Shown here: positions 1 to 5,386 of the stretch, piece after piece
Layout: each line of letters opens with the position of its first letter
Position numbering within the stretch: position 1 is the first letter of the stretch
Source of the DNA: Escherichia phage phiX174
Length of the DNA: 5,386 bases
Sequence record: NC_001422.1
Strand: one strand, 5' to 3'
Made by a program: the position numbers and the translations under genes
Notes under the pieces: generated by a model
What the model saw: only the letters and a program-made list of their open reading frames with translations
What the model was told of the DNA's origin: nothing
Databases searched by the model: none

Positions 1-51
1 GAGTTTTATCGCTTCCATGACGCAGAAGTTAACACTTTCGGATATTTCTGA
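1..51 (+). CDS. B: Internal scaffolding protein B, C-terminal segment (continues from window end across the circular junction)
   Basis: The B frame from ATG 5075 to 5386 is exactly 104 codons, then continues at 1: gag ttt tat cgc ttc cat gac gca gaa gtt aac act ttc gga tat ttc tga ([16 protein letters not shown]), stop TGA 49-51. Total 120 aa, matching phiX174 gpB. Confidence 0.93.
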   Translation, partial: EFYRFHDAEVNTFGYF

Positions 52-136
52 TGAGTCGAAAAATTATCTTGATAAAGCAGGAATTACTACTGCTTGTTTA
101 CGAATTAAATCGAAGTGGACTGCTGGCGGAAAATGA
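1..136 (+). CDS. A: Replication initiator protein A / A*, C-terminal segment (continues from window end across the circular junction)
   Basis: The reading frame open from ATG 3981 runs without a stop to 5386 (1406 nt, leaving 2 nt of a split codon). Bases 5385-5386 plus base 1 give CAG, and the frame continues 2..136 to TGA at 134-136. Joined translation ends ...[52 protein letters not shown]. Total 1542 nt = 513 aa, the known gpA length. Confidence 0.93.
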   Translation, partial: SFIASMTQKLTLSDISDESKNYLDKAGITTACLRIKSKWTAGGK

Positions 137-221
137 GAAAATTCGACCTATCCTTGCGCAGCTCGAGAAGCTCTTACTTTGCGACCTTTCGCCATCAACT
201 AACGATTCTGTCAAAAACTGA
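51..221 (+). CDS. K: Protein K (small nonessential membrane-associated protein, modulates burst size)
   Basis: ATG at 51-53 shares its A with the B stop (TGATG at 49-53); ORF ends TGA 219-221; 56 aa. It overlaps the end of A and the start of C in a third frame. The translation begins [20 protein letters not shown], which I recognise as phiX174 K. It is absent from the ORF track, probably because it is under that track's size cut-off. Confidence 0.85.
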   Translation: MSRKIILIKQELLLLVYELNRSGLLAENEKIRPILAQLEKLLLCDLSPSTNDSVKN

Positions 222-393
222 CGCGTTGGATGAGGAGAAGTGGCTTAATATGCTTGGCACGTTCGTCAAGGACTGGTTTAGATATGAGTCACATTTTGTT
301 CATGGTAGAGATTCTCTTGTTGACATTTTAAAAGAGCGTGGATTACTATCTGAGTCCGATGCTGTTCAACCACTAATAGGTAAGAAATCATGA
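133..393 (+). CDS. C: Protein C (DNA maturation; switch from RF replication to ssDNA synthesis/packaging)
   Basis: ORF track 115..393; canonical start is the second Met at 133 ([11 protein letters not shown]...), whose ATG overlaps the A stop as ATGA (133-136). GGCGGA lies 3-8 nt upstream as a weak Shine-Dalgarno. Stop TGA 391-393 overlaps the D start. 86 aa. Confidence 0.9.
   Translation: MRKFDLSLRSSRSSYFATFRHQLTILSKTDALDEEKWLNMLGTFVKDWFRYESHFVHGRDSLVDILKERGLLSESDAVQPLIGKKS
320..358 (+). promoter_or_regulatory. Promoter pD (inside gene C): -35 TTGACA 320-325, -10 TACTAT 344-349, transcript start near G358
   Basis: Perfect -35 hexamer TTGACA at 320-325, an 18-bp spacer, then TACTAT (4/6 to TATAAT) at 344-349. 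The sequence GATGC at 358-362 matches my recollection of the 5' end of the D mRNA. Spacing and start are consistent with a sigma70 promoter. Confidence 0.6.
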
Positions 394-848
394 GTCAAGT
401 TACTGAACAATCCGTACGTTTCCAGACCGCTTTGGCCTCTATTAAGCTCATTCAGGCTTCTGCCGTTTTGGATTTAACCGAAGATGATTTCGATTTTCTG
501 ACGAGTAACAAAGTTTGGATTGCTACTGACCGCTCTCGTGCTCGTCGCTGCGTTGAGGCTTGCGTTTATGGTACGCTGGACTTTGTGGGATACCCTCGCT
601 TTCCTGCTCCTGTTGAGTTTATTGCTGCCGTCATTGCTTATTATGTTCATCCCGTCAACATTCAAACGGCCTGTCTCATCATGGAAGGCGCTGAATTTAC
701 GGAAAACATTATTAATGGCGTCGAGCGTCCGGTTAAAGCCGCTGAATTGTTCGCGTTTACCTTGCGTGTACGCGCAGGAAACACTGACGTTCTTACTGAC
801 GCAGAAGAAAACGTGCGTCAAAAATTACGTGCGGAAGGAGTGATGTAA
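390..848 (+). CDS. D: External scaffolding protein D
   Basis: ORF track 390..848, 152 aa, [22 protein letters not shown]... recognised as phiX174 gpD. ATG 390-392 overlaps the C stop (ATGA); stop TAA 846-848 overlaps the J start (TAATG). Confidence 0.96.
   Translation: MSQVTEQSVRFQTALASIKLIQASAVLDLTEDDFDFLTSNKVWIATDRSRARRCVEACVYGTLDFVGYPRFPAPVEFIAAVIAYYVHPVNIQTACLIMEGAEFTENIINGVERPVKAAELFAFTLRVRAGNTDVLTDAEENVRQKLRAEGVM
568..843 (+). CDS. E: Lysis protein E (single-gene lysis; MraY inhibitor), embedded in gene D in the +1 frame
   Basis: ORF track 520..843; canonical start is the internal Met at 568 (MVRWTLWDTLAFLLLLSLLLPSLLIMFIPSTFKRP...), 91 aa. It has a hydrophobic N-terminal transmembrane segment and a basic C-terminus. 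GAGG at 555-558 is a Shine-Dalgarno 9 nt upstream. Stop TGA 841-843. Confidence 0.93.
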   Translation: MVRWTLWDTLAFLLLLSLLLPSLLIMFIPSTFKRPVSSWKALNLRKTLLMASSVRLKPLNCSRLPCVYAQETLTFLLTQKKTCVKNYVRKE

Positions 849-964
849 TGTCTAAAGGTAAAAAACGTTCTGGCGCTCGCCCTGGTCGTCCGCAGCCGTT
901 GCGAGGTACTAAAGGCAAGCGTAAAGGCGCTCGTCTTTGGTATGTAGGTGGTCAACAATTTTAA
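848..964 (+). CDS. J: Small basic DNA-binding/packaging protein J
   Basis: ATG 848-850 to TAA 962-964; translation MSKGKKRSGARPGRPQPLRGTKGKRKGARLWYVGGQQF (38 aa, about one third Lys/Arg). GAAGGAG at 833-839 is a Shine-Dalgarno. It is absent from the ORF track, probably because it is under that track's size cut-off. Confidence 0.92.
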   Translation: MSKGKKRSGARPGRPQPLRGTKGKRKGARLWYVGGQQF

Positions 965-968
965 TTGC

Positions 969-984
969 AGGGGCTTCGGCCCCT
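969..984 (+). terminator. J-F intergenic hairpin (TJ, inefficient transcription terminator / mRNA-stabilising stem-loop)
   Basis: AGGGGC (969-974) / TTCG loop (975-978) / GCCCCT (979-984): a 6-bp GC-rich stem with a UUCG-type tetraloop, directly after the J stop. The downstream tract (TTACTTG) is only weakly U-rich, so any termination would be partial. This fits the known attenuated read-through into F. Confidence 0.55.
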
Positions 985-1000
985 TACTTGAGGATAAATT

Positions 1001-2284
1001 ATGTCTAATATTCAAACTGGCGCCGAGCGTATGCCGCATGACCTTTCCCATCTTGGCTTCCTTGCTGGTCAGATTGGTCGTCTTATTACCATTTCAACTA
1101 CTCCGGTTATCGCTGGCGACTCCTTCGAGATGGACGCCGTTGGCGCTCTCCGTCTTTCTCCATTGCGTCGTGGCCTTGCTATTGACTCTACTGTAGACAT
1201 TTTTACTTTTTATGTCCCTCATCGTCACGTTTATGGTGAACAGTGGATTAAGTTCATGAAGGATGGTGTTAATGCCACTCCTCTCCCGACTGTTAACACT
1301 ACTGGTTATATTGACCATGCCGCTTTTCTTGGCACGATTAACCCTGATACCAATAAAATCCCTAAGCATTTGTTTCAGGGTTATTTGAATATCTATAACA
1401 ACTATTTTAAAGCGCCGTGGATGCCTGACCGTACCGAGGCTAACCCTAATGAGCTTAATCAAGATGATGCTCGTTATGGTTTCCGTTGCTGCCATCTCAA
1501 AAACATTTGGACTGCTCCGCTTCCTCCTGAGACTGAGCTTTCTCGCCAAATGACGACTTCTACCACATCTATTGACATTATGGGTCTGCAAGCTGCTTAT
1601 GCTAATTTGCATACTGACCAAGAACGTGATTACTTCATGCAGCGTTACCATGATGTTATTTCTTCATTTGGAGGTAAAACCTCTTATGACGCTGACAACC
1701 GTCCTTTACTTGTCATGCGCTCTAATCTCTGGGCATCTGGCTATGATGTTGATGGAACTGACCAAACGTCGTTAGGCCAGTTTTCTGGTCGTGTTCAACA
1801 GACCTATAAACATTCTGTGCCGCGTTTCTTTGTTCCTGAGCATGGCACTATGTTTACTCTTGCGCTTGTTCGTTTTCCGCCTACTGCGACTAAAGAGATT
1901 CAGTACCTTAACGCTAAAGGTGCTTTGACTTATACCGATATTGCTGGCGACCCTGTTTTGTATGGCAACTTGCCGCCGCGTGAAATTTCTATGAAGGATG
2001 TTTTCCGTTCTGGTGATTCGTCTAAGAAGTTTAAGATTGCTGAGGGTCAGTGGTATCGTTATGCGCCTTCGTATGTTTCTCCTGCTTATCACCTTCTTGA
2101 AGGCTTCCCATTCATTCAGGAACCGCCTTCTGGTGATTTGCAAGAACGCGTACTTATTCGCCACCATGATTATGACCAGTGTTTCCAGTCCGTTCAGTTG
2201 TTGCAGTGGAATAGTCAGGTTAAATTTAATGTGACCGTTTATCGCAATCTGCCGACCACTCGCGATTCAATCATGACTTCGTGA
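1001..2284 (+). CDS. F: Major capsid protein F
   Basis: ORF track 1001..2284, 427 aa, MSNIQTGAERMPHDLSHLGFLAGQIGRLITIS... recognised as phiX174 gpF. GAGG at 990-993 is a Shine-Dalgarno. Stop TGA 2282-2284. Confidence 0.97.
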   Translation: MSNIQTGAERMPHDLSHLGFLAGQIGRLITISTTPVIAGDSFEMDAVGALRLSPLRRGLAIDSTVDIFTFYVPHRHVYGEQWIKFMKDGVNATPLPTVNTTGYIDHAAFLGTINPDTNKIPKHLFQGYLNIYNNYFKAPWMPDRTEANPNELNQDDARYGFRCCHLKNIWTAPLPPETELSRQMTTSTTSIDIMGLQAAYANLHTDQERDYFMQRYHDVISSFGGKTSYDADNRPLLVMRSNLWASGYDVDGTDQTSLGQFSGRVQQTYKHSVPRFFVPEHGTMFTLALVRFPPTATKEIQYLNAKGALTYTDIAGDPVLYGNLPPREISMKDVFRSGDSSKKFKIAEGQWYRYAPSYVSPAYHLLEGFPFIQEPPSGDLQERVLIRHHDYDQCFQSVQLLQWNSQVKFNVTVYRNLPTTRDSIMTS

Positions 2285-2300
2285 TAAAAGATTGAGTGTG

Positions 2301-2360
2301 AGGTTATAACGCCGAAGCGGTAAAAATTTTAATTTTTGCCGCTGAGGGGTTGACCAAGCG
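2301..2360 (+). other. F-G intergenic structured region: long A/T-rich hairpin (2317-2342); site of the primosome assembly (PriA / n-prime recognition) signal used for complementary-strand synthesis; may also act as terminator TF
   Basis: Inverted repeat GCGGTAAAAATT (2317-2328) / TT / AATTTTTGCCGC (2331-2342) with a single T opposite G (a G-U wobble pair if folded as RNA). From memory the phiX174 PriA (factor Y) recognition hairpin maps to the F-G intergenic region. Exact boundaries are approximate. Confidence 0.6.
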
Positions 2361-2394
2361 AAGCGCGGTAGGTTTTCTGCTTAGGAGTTTAATC

Positions 2395-2922
2395 ATGTTT
2401 CAGACTTTTATTTCTCGCCATAATTCAAACTTTTTTTCTGATAAGCTGGTTCTCACTTCTGTTACTCCAGCTTCTTCGGCACCTGTTTTACAGACACCTA
2501 AAGCTACATCGTCAACGTTATATTTTGATAGTTTGACGGTTAATGCTGGTAATGGTGGTTTTCTTCATTGCATTCAGATGGATACATCTGTCAACGCCGC
2601 TAATCAGGTTGTTTCTGTTGGTGCTGATATTGCTTTTGATGCCGACCCTAAATTTTTTGCCTGTTTGGTTCGCTTTGAGTCTTCTTCGGTTCCGACTACC
2701 CTCCCGACTGCCTATGATGTTTATCCTTTGAATGGTCGCCATGATGGTGGTTATTATACCGTCAAGGACTGTGTGACTATTGACGTCCTTCCCCGTACGC
2801 CGGGCAATAACGTTTATGTTGGTTTCATGGTTTGGTCTAACTTTACCGCTACTAAATGCCGCGGATTGGTTTCGCTGAATCAGGTTATTAAAGAGATTAT
2901 TTGTCTCCAGCCACTTAAGTGA
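2395..2922 (+). CDS. G: Major spike protein G
   Basis: ORF track 2350..2922; canonical start is the Met at 2395 ([23 protein letters not shown]...), preceded by AGGAG at 2383-2387. 175 aa. Stop TGA 2920-2922. Confidence 0.95.
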   Translation: MFQTFISRHNSNFFSDKLVLTSVTPASSAPVLQTPKATSSTLYFDSLTVNAGNGGFLHCIQMDTSVNAANQVVSVGADIAFDADPKFFACLVRFESSSVPTTLPTAYDVYPLNGRHDGGYYTVKDCVTIDVLPRTPGNNVYVGFMVWSNFTATKCRGLVSLNQVIKEIICLQPLK

Positions 2923-2930
2923 GGTGATTT

Positions 2931-3917
2931 ATGTTTGGTGCTATTGCTGGCGGTATTGCTTCTGCTCTTGCTGGTGGCGCCATGTCTAAATTGTTTGGAG
3001 GCGGTCAAAAAGCCGCCTCCGGTGGCATTCAAGGTGATGTGCTTGCTACCGATAACAATACTGTAGGCATGGGTGATGCTGGTATTAAATCTGCCATTCA
3101 AGGCTCTAATGTTCCTAACCCTGATGAGGCCGCCCCTAGTTTTGTTTCTGGTGCTATGGCTAAAGCTGGTAAAGGACTTCTTGAAGGTACGTTGCAGGCT
3201 GGCACTTCTGCCGTTTCTGATAAGTTGCTTGATTTGGTTGGACTTGGTGGCAAGTCTGCCGCTGATAAAGGAAAGGATACTCGTGATTATCTTGCTGCTG
3301 CATTTCCTGAGCTTAATGCTTGGGAGCGTGCTGGTGCTGATGCTTCCTCTGCTGGTATGGTTGACGCCGGATTTGAGAATCAAAAAGAGCTTACTAAAAT
3401 GCAACTGGACAATCAGAAAGAGATTGCCGAGATGCAAAATGAGACTCAAAAAGAGATTGCTGGCATTCAGTCGGCGACTTCACGCCAGAATACGAAAGAC
3501 CAGGTATATGCACAAAATGAGATGCTTGCTTATCAACAGAAGGAGTCTACTGCTCGCGTTGCGTCTATTATGGAAAACACCAATCTTTCCAAGCAACAGC
3601 AGGTTTCCGAGATTATGCGCCAAATGCTTACTCAAGCTCAAACGGCTGGTCAGTATTTTACCAATGACCAAATCAAAGAAATGACTCGCAAGGTTAGTGC
3701 TGAGGTTGACTTAGTTCATCAGCAAACGCAGAATCAGCGGTATGGCTCTTCTCATATTGGCGCTACTGCAAAGGATATTTCTAATGTCGTCACTGATGCT
3801 GCTTCTGGTGTGGTTGATATTTTTCATGGTATTGATAAAGCTGTTGCCGATACTTGGAACAATTTCTGGAAAGACGGTAAAGCTGATGGTATTGGCTCTA
3901 ATTTGTCTAGGAAATAA
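2931..3917 (+). CDS. H: Minor spike / DNA pilot protein H
   Basis: ORF track 2931..3917, 328 aa. GAGGTGA at 2920-2926 is a Shine-Dalgarno overlapping the G stop. The N-terminus is Gly/Ala-rich ([25 protein letters not shown]...) and the middle is Gln/Glu-rich, as in phiX174 gpH. Confidence 0.96.
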   Translation: MFGAIAGGIASALAGGAMSKLFGGGQKAASGGIQGDVLATDNNTVGMGDAGIKSAIQGSNVPNPDEAAPSFVSGAMAKAGKGLLEGTLQAGTSAVSDKLLDLVGLGGKSAADKGKDTRDYLAAAFPELNAWERAGADASSAGMVDAGFENQKELTKMQLDNQKEIAEMQNETQKEIAGIQSATSRQNTKDQVYAQNEMLAYQQKESTARVASIMENTNLSKQQQVSEIMRQMLTQAQTAGQYFTNDQIKEMTRKVSAEVDLVHQQTQNQRYGSSHIGATAKDISNVVTDAASGVVDIFHGIDKAVADTWNNFWKDGKADGIGSNLSRK

Positions 3918-3926
3918 CCGTCAGGA

Positions 3927-3962
3927 TTGACACCCTCCCAATTGTATGTTTTCATGCCTCCA
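3927..3962 (+). promoter_or_regulatory. Promoter pA (H-A intergenic): -35 TTGACA 3927-3932; transcript start near A3962
   Basis: Perfect TTGACA at 3927-3932. AAATCTTGG at 3962-3970 matches my recollection of the 5' end of the A mRNA. The -10 element is not a clean consensus (TATGTT 3945-3950 or TTTTCA 3950-3955), so the exact hexamer assignment is uncertain. Confidence 0.55.
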
Positions 3963-3980
3963 AATCTTGGAGGCTTTTTT
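3956..3980 (+). terminator. Rho-independent terminator TH (after gene H, immediately before gene A)
   Basis: GCCTCCAA (3956-3963) / ATC loop / TTGGAGGC (3967-3974): a perfect 8-bp stem followed by TTTTTT (3975-3980). The GGAGG in the 3' arm doubles as the gene A Shine-Dalgarno. Confidence 0.75.
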
Positions 3981-5386
3981 ATGGTTCGTTCTTATTACCC
4001 TTCTGAATGTCACGCTGATTATTTTGACTTTGAGCGTATCGAGGCTCTTAAACCTGCTATTGAGGCTTGTGGCATTTCTACTCTTTCTCAATCCCCAATG
4101 CTTGGCTTCCATAAGCAGATGGATAACCGCATCAAGCTCTTGGAAGAGATTCTGTCTTTTCGTATGCAGGGCGTTGAGTTCGATAATGGTGATATGTATG
4201 TTGACGGCCATAAGGCTGCTTCTGACGTTCGTGATGAGTTTGTATCTGTTACTGAGAAGTTAATGGATGAATTGGCACAATGCTACAATGTGCTCCCCCA
4301 ACTTGATATTAATAACACTATAGACCACCGCCCCGAAGGGGACGAAAAATGGTTTTTAGAGAACGAGAAGACGGTTACGCAGTTTTGCCGCAAGCTGGCT
4401 GCTGAACGCCCTCTTAAGGATATTCGCGATGAGTATAATTACCCCAAAAAGAAAGGTATTAAGGATGAGTGTTCAAGATTGCTGGAGGCCTCCACTATGA
4501 AATCGCGTAGAGGCTTTGCTATTCAGCGTTTGATGAATGCAATGCGACAGGCTCATGCTGATGGTTGGTTTATCGTTTTTGACACTCTCACGTTGGCTGA
4601 CGACCGATTAGAGGCGTTTTATGATAATCCCAATGCTTTGCGTGACTATTTTCGTGATATTGGTCGTATGGTTCTTGCTGCCGAGGGTCGCAAGGCTAAT
4701 GATTCACACGCCGACTGCTATCAGTATTTTTGTGTGCCTGAGTATGGTACAGCTAATGGCCGTCTTCATTTCCATGCGGTGCACTTTATGCGGACACTTC
4801 CTACAGGTAGCGTTGACCCTAATTTTGGTCGTCGGGTACGCAATCGCCGCCAGTTAAATAGCTTGCAAAATACGTGGCCTTATGGTTACAGTATGCCCAT
4901 CGCAGTTCGCTACACGCAGGACGCTTTTTCACGTTCTGGTTGGTTGTGGCCTGTTGATGCTAAAGGTGAGCCGCTTAAAGCTACCAGTTATATGGCTGTT
5001 GGTTTCTATGTGGCTAAATACGTTAACAAAAAGTCAGATATGGACCTTGCTGCTAAAGGTCTAGGAGCTAAAGAATGGAACAACTCACTAAAAACCAAGC
5101 TGTCGCTACTTCCCAAGAAGCTGTTCAGAATCAGAATGAGCCGCAACTTCGGGATGAAAATGCTCACAATGACAAATCTGTCCACGGAGTGCTTAATCCA
5201 ACTTACCAAGCTGGGTTACGACGCGACGCCGTTCAACCAGATATTGAAGCAGAACGCAAAAAGAGAGATGAGATTGAGGCTGGGAAAAGTTACTGTAGCC
5301 GACGTTTTGGCGGCGCAACCTGTGACGACAAATCTGCTCAAATTTATGCGCGCTTCGATAAAAATGATTGGCGTATCCAACCTGCA
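3981..5386 (+). CDS. A: Replication initiator protein A (HUH rolling-circle endonuclease), N-terminal 468 codons; continues at window positions 1..136
   Basis: ATG 3981 (MVRSYYPSECHADYFDFERIEALKP...) preceded by GGAGG. The frame stays open to the window end. HUH motif HFHAVHF is encoded at 4767-4787. Codons 343 and 347 are both Tyr (TAT 5007-5009, TAC 5019-5021) in VGFYVAKYVNKK, matching the known catalytic Tyr343/Tyr347 of gpA. The supplied ORF track omits this frame, probably because there is no in-window stop. Confidence 0.95.
   Translation, partial: MVRSYYPSECHADYFDFERIEALKPAIEACGISTLSQSPMLGFHKQMDNRIKLLEEILSFRMQGVEFDNGDMYVDGHKAASDVRDEFVSVTEKLMDELAQCYNVLPQLDINNTIDHRPEGDEKWFLENEKTVTQFCRKLAAERPLKDIRDEYNYPKKKGIKDECSRLLEASTMKSRRGFAIQRLMNAMRQAHADGWFIVFDTLTLADDRLEAFYDNPNALRDYFRDIGRMVLAAEGRKANDSHADCYQYFCVPEYGTANGRLHFHAVHFMRTLPTGSVDPNFGRRVRNRRQLNSLQNTWPYGYSMPIAVRYTQDAFSRSGWLWPVDAKGEPLKATSYMAVGFYVAKYVNKKSDMDLAAKGLGAKEWNNSLKTKLSLLPKKLFRIRMSRNFGMKMLTMTNLSTECLIQLTKLGYDATPFNQILKQNAKREMRLRLGKVTVADVLAAQPVTTNLLKFMRASIKMIGVSNL
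4299..4328 (+). other. Viral (+) strand origin of rolling-circle replication; gpA nick site between G4305 and A4306
   Basis: The 30-nt sequence CAACTTGATATTAATAACACTATAGACCAC is present at 4299-4328, inside the gene A coding region. This is the phiX174 origin core recognised and cleaved by gpA. Confidence 0.88.
4497..5386 (+). CDS. A*: Protein A* (in-frame internal translation start within gene A); continues at window positions 1..136
   Basis: ATG at 4497-4499 is in frame with A ((4497-3981) = 516 = 172 codons) and is preceded by GGAGG at 4484-4488 with 8-nt spacing. The product would be 341 aa, matching known A*. Confidence 0.8.
   Translation, partial: MKSRRGFAIQRLMNAMRQAHADGWFIVFDTLTLADDRLEAFYDNPNALRDYFRDIGRMVLAAEGRKANDSHADCYQYFCVPEYGTANGRLHFHAVHFMRTLPTGSVDPNFGRRVRNRRQLNSLQNTWPYGYSMPIAVRYTQDAFSRSGWLWPVDAKGEPLKATSYMAVGFYVAKYVNKKSDMDLAAKGLGAKEWNNSLKTKLSLLPKKLFRIRMSRNFGMKMLTMTNLSTECLIQLTKLGYDATPFNQILKQNAKREMRLRLGKVTVADVLAAQPVTTNLLKFMRASIKMIGVSNL
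4863..4899 (+). promoter_or_regulatory. Promoter pB (inside gene A): -35 TTGCAA 4863-4868, -10 TACAGT 4887-4892, start near A4899
   Basis: TTGCAA (5/6 to TTGACA), an 18-bp spacer, then TACAGT (4/6 to TATAAT). ATCGC at 4899-4903 fits my recollection of the B mRNA 5' end. The assignment is less certain than pD. Confidence 0.5.
5075..5386 (+). CDS. B: Internal scaffolding protein B, N-terminal 104 codons (nested in gene A in a different frame); continues at window positions 1..51
   Basis: ATG 5075-5077 preceded by AGGAG at 5063-5067. Translation MEQLTKNQAVATSQEAVQNQNEPQLRDENAHNDKSVHGVLNPTYQAGLRR... recognised as phiX174 gpB. It is missing from the ORF track, probably because there is no stop within the window. 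Confidence 0.93.
   Translation, partial: MEQLTKNQAVATSQEAVQNQNEPQLRDENAHNDKSVHGVLNPTYQAGLRRDAVQPDIEAERKKRDEIEAGKSYCSRRFGGATCDDKSAQIYARFDKNDWRIQPA

Noticed and set aside
115-132. Upstream Met at 115 as the start of gene C
   Set aside because: The recognised C start is the ATG at 133, which overlaps the A stop and has GGCGGA just upstream. The Met at 115 has a poorer Shine-Dalgarno context.
474-821. Minus-strand ORF (115 aa) antisense to genes D/E
   Set aside because: All recognised phiX174 genes and promoters are on the + strand. This ORF has no convincing Shine-Dalgarno and a low-complexity translation, and is explained as an antisense shadow of the D/E coding region.
948-1196. Other short + strand off-frame ORFs (948..1196, 1572..1775, 1998..2234, 2543..2731, 3742..3930, 4621..4857, 4882..5064) and short minus-strand ORFs (818..1051, 2518..2742, 3480..3671, 3921..4211, 5006..5209)
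   Set aside because: All lie inside or antisense to recognised genes and give hydrophobic or Leu/Arg-rich low-complexity products; none corresponds to a known phiX174 protein. The only genuine out-of-frame overlapping genes I can support are E, K and B.
1094-1651. Minus-strand ORF (185 aa) antisense to gene F
   Set aside because: Same reasoning: antisense to the well-supported capsid gene, Arg/Ser-rich skewed translation, no start context.
1772-2167. Minus-strand ORF (131 aa) antisense to gene F
   Set aside because: Antisense shadow ORF; Arg-rich translation typical of reverse-complement of T-rich coding sequence.
2350-2378. Possible promoter upstream of G (TTGACC at 2350-2355)
   Set aside because: A near-consensus -35 is present, but the sequence at the expected -10 position (TTTTCT, 2373-2378) is poor, so I cannot support it from sequence alone.
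2350-2394. Upstream Met at 2350 as the start of gene G, and Met at 520 as the start of gene E
   Set aside because: The AGGAG at 2383-2387 positions the ribosome for ATG 2395, the known G start. Likewise E starts at 568 (GAGG 555-558), not at 520.
2880-3449. Minus-strand ORF (189 aa) antisense to gene H
   Set aside because: Antisense shadow ORF inside H; no ribosome-binding site and low-complexity Ser/Thr/Arg-rich product.
3073-3684. + strand ORF (203 aa) in an alternate frame inside gene H
   Set aside because: Leu-rich low-complexity translation is what a T-rich genome gives off-frame. The H frame is the recognised one, and there is no Shine-Dalgarno in front of this ATG.
3946-4263. + strand ORF (105 aa) overlapping the start of gene A in another frame
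   Set aside because: Off-frame relative to the recognised gene A (ATG 3981). Its ATG sits upstream of the probable pA transcript start and inside the TH hairpin region, and the translation is Leu-rich and low-complexity.
1-5386. Novel defence system, CRISPR array, tRNA/rRNA, or mobile element
   Set aside because: No direct-repeat/spacer architecture, no tRNA-like cloverleaf candidates, no integrase/transposase ORFs. The whole window is accounted for by the canonical microvirus gene set.

Overview
This window is not a novel system. It is a complete genome of bacteriophage phiX174 (Microviridae, ssDNA coliphage), or a near-identical relative, given in the conventional numbering that opens at the unique PstI site. 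I recognised it from memory of the sequence and its protein translations, not by alignment, so I cannot certify base-by-base identity with the reference. The genome is circular: genes A/A* and B run off the 3' end of the window and finish in-frame at the 5' end (A stops at 136, B at 51), and the last five bases plus the first base rebuild CTGCAG. All eleven canonical genes are on the + strand: A, A*, B, K, C, D, E, J, F, G, H, with the known overlaps (B and K inside or overlapping A, E inside D in another frame, 1-4 nt start/stop overlaps). I also place the + strand replication origin inside gene A, three promoter candidates (pA, pB, pD) and intergenic hairpins after J, F and H. All minus-strand ORFs and off-frame + ORFs in the supplied track look like composition artefacts. 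The findings below are known or minor features worth rechecking, not discoveries.
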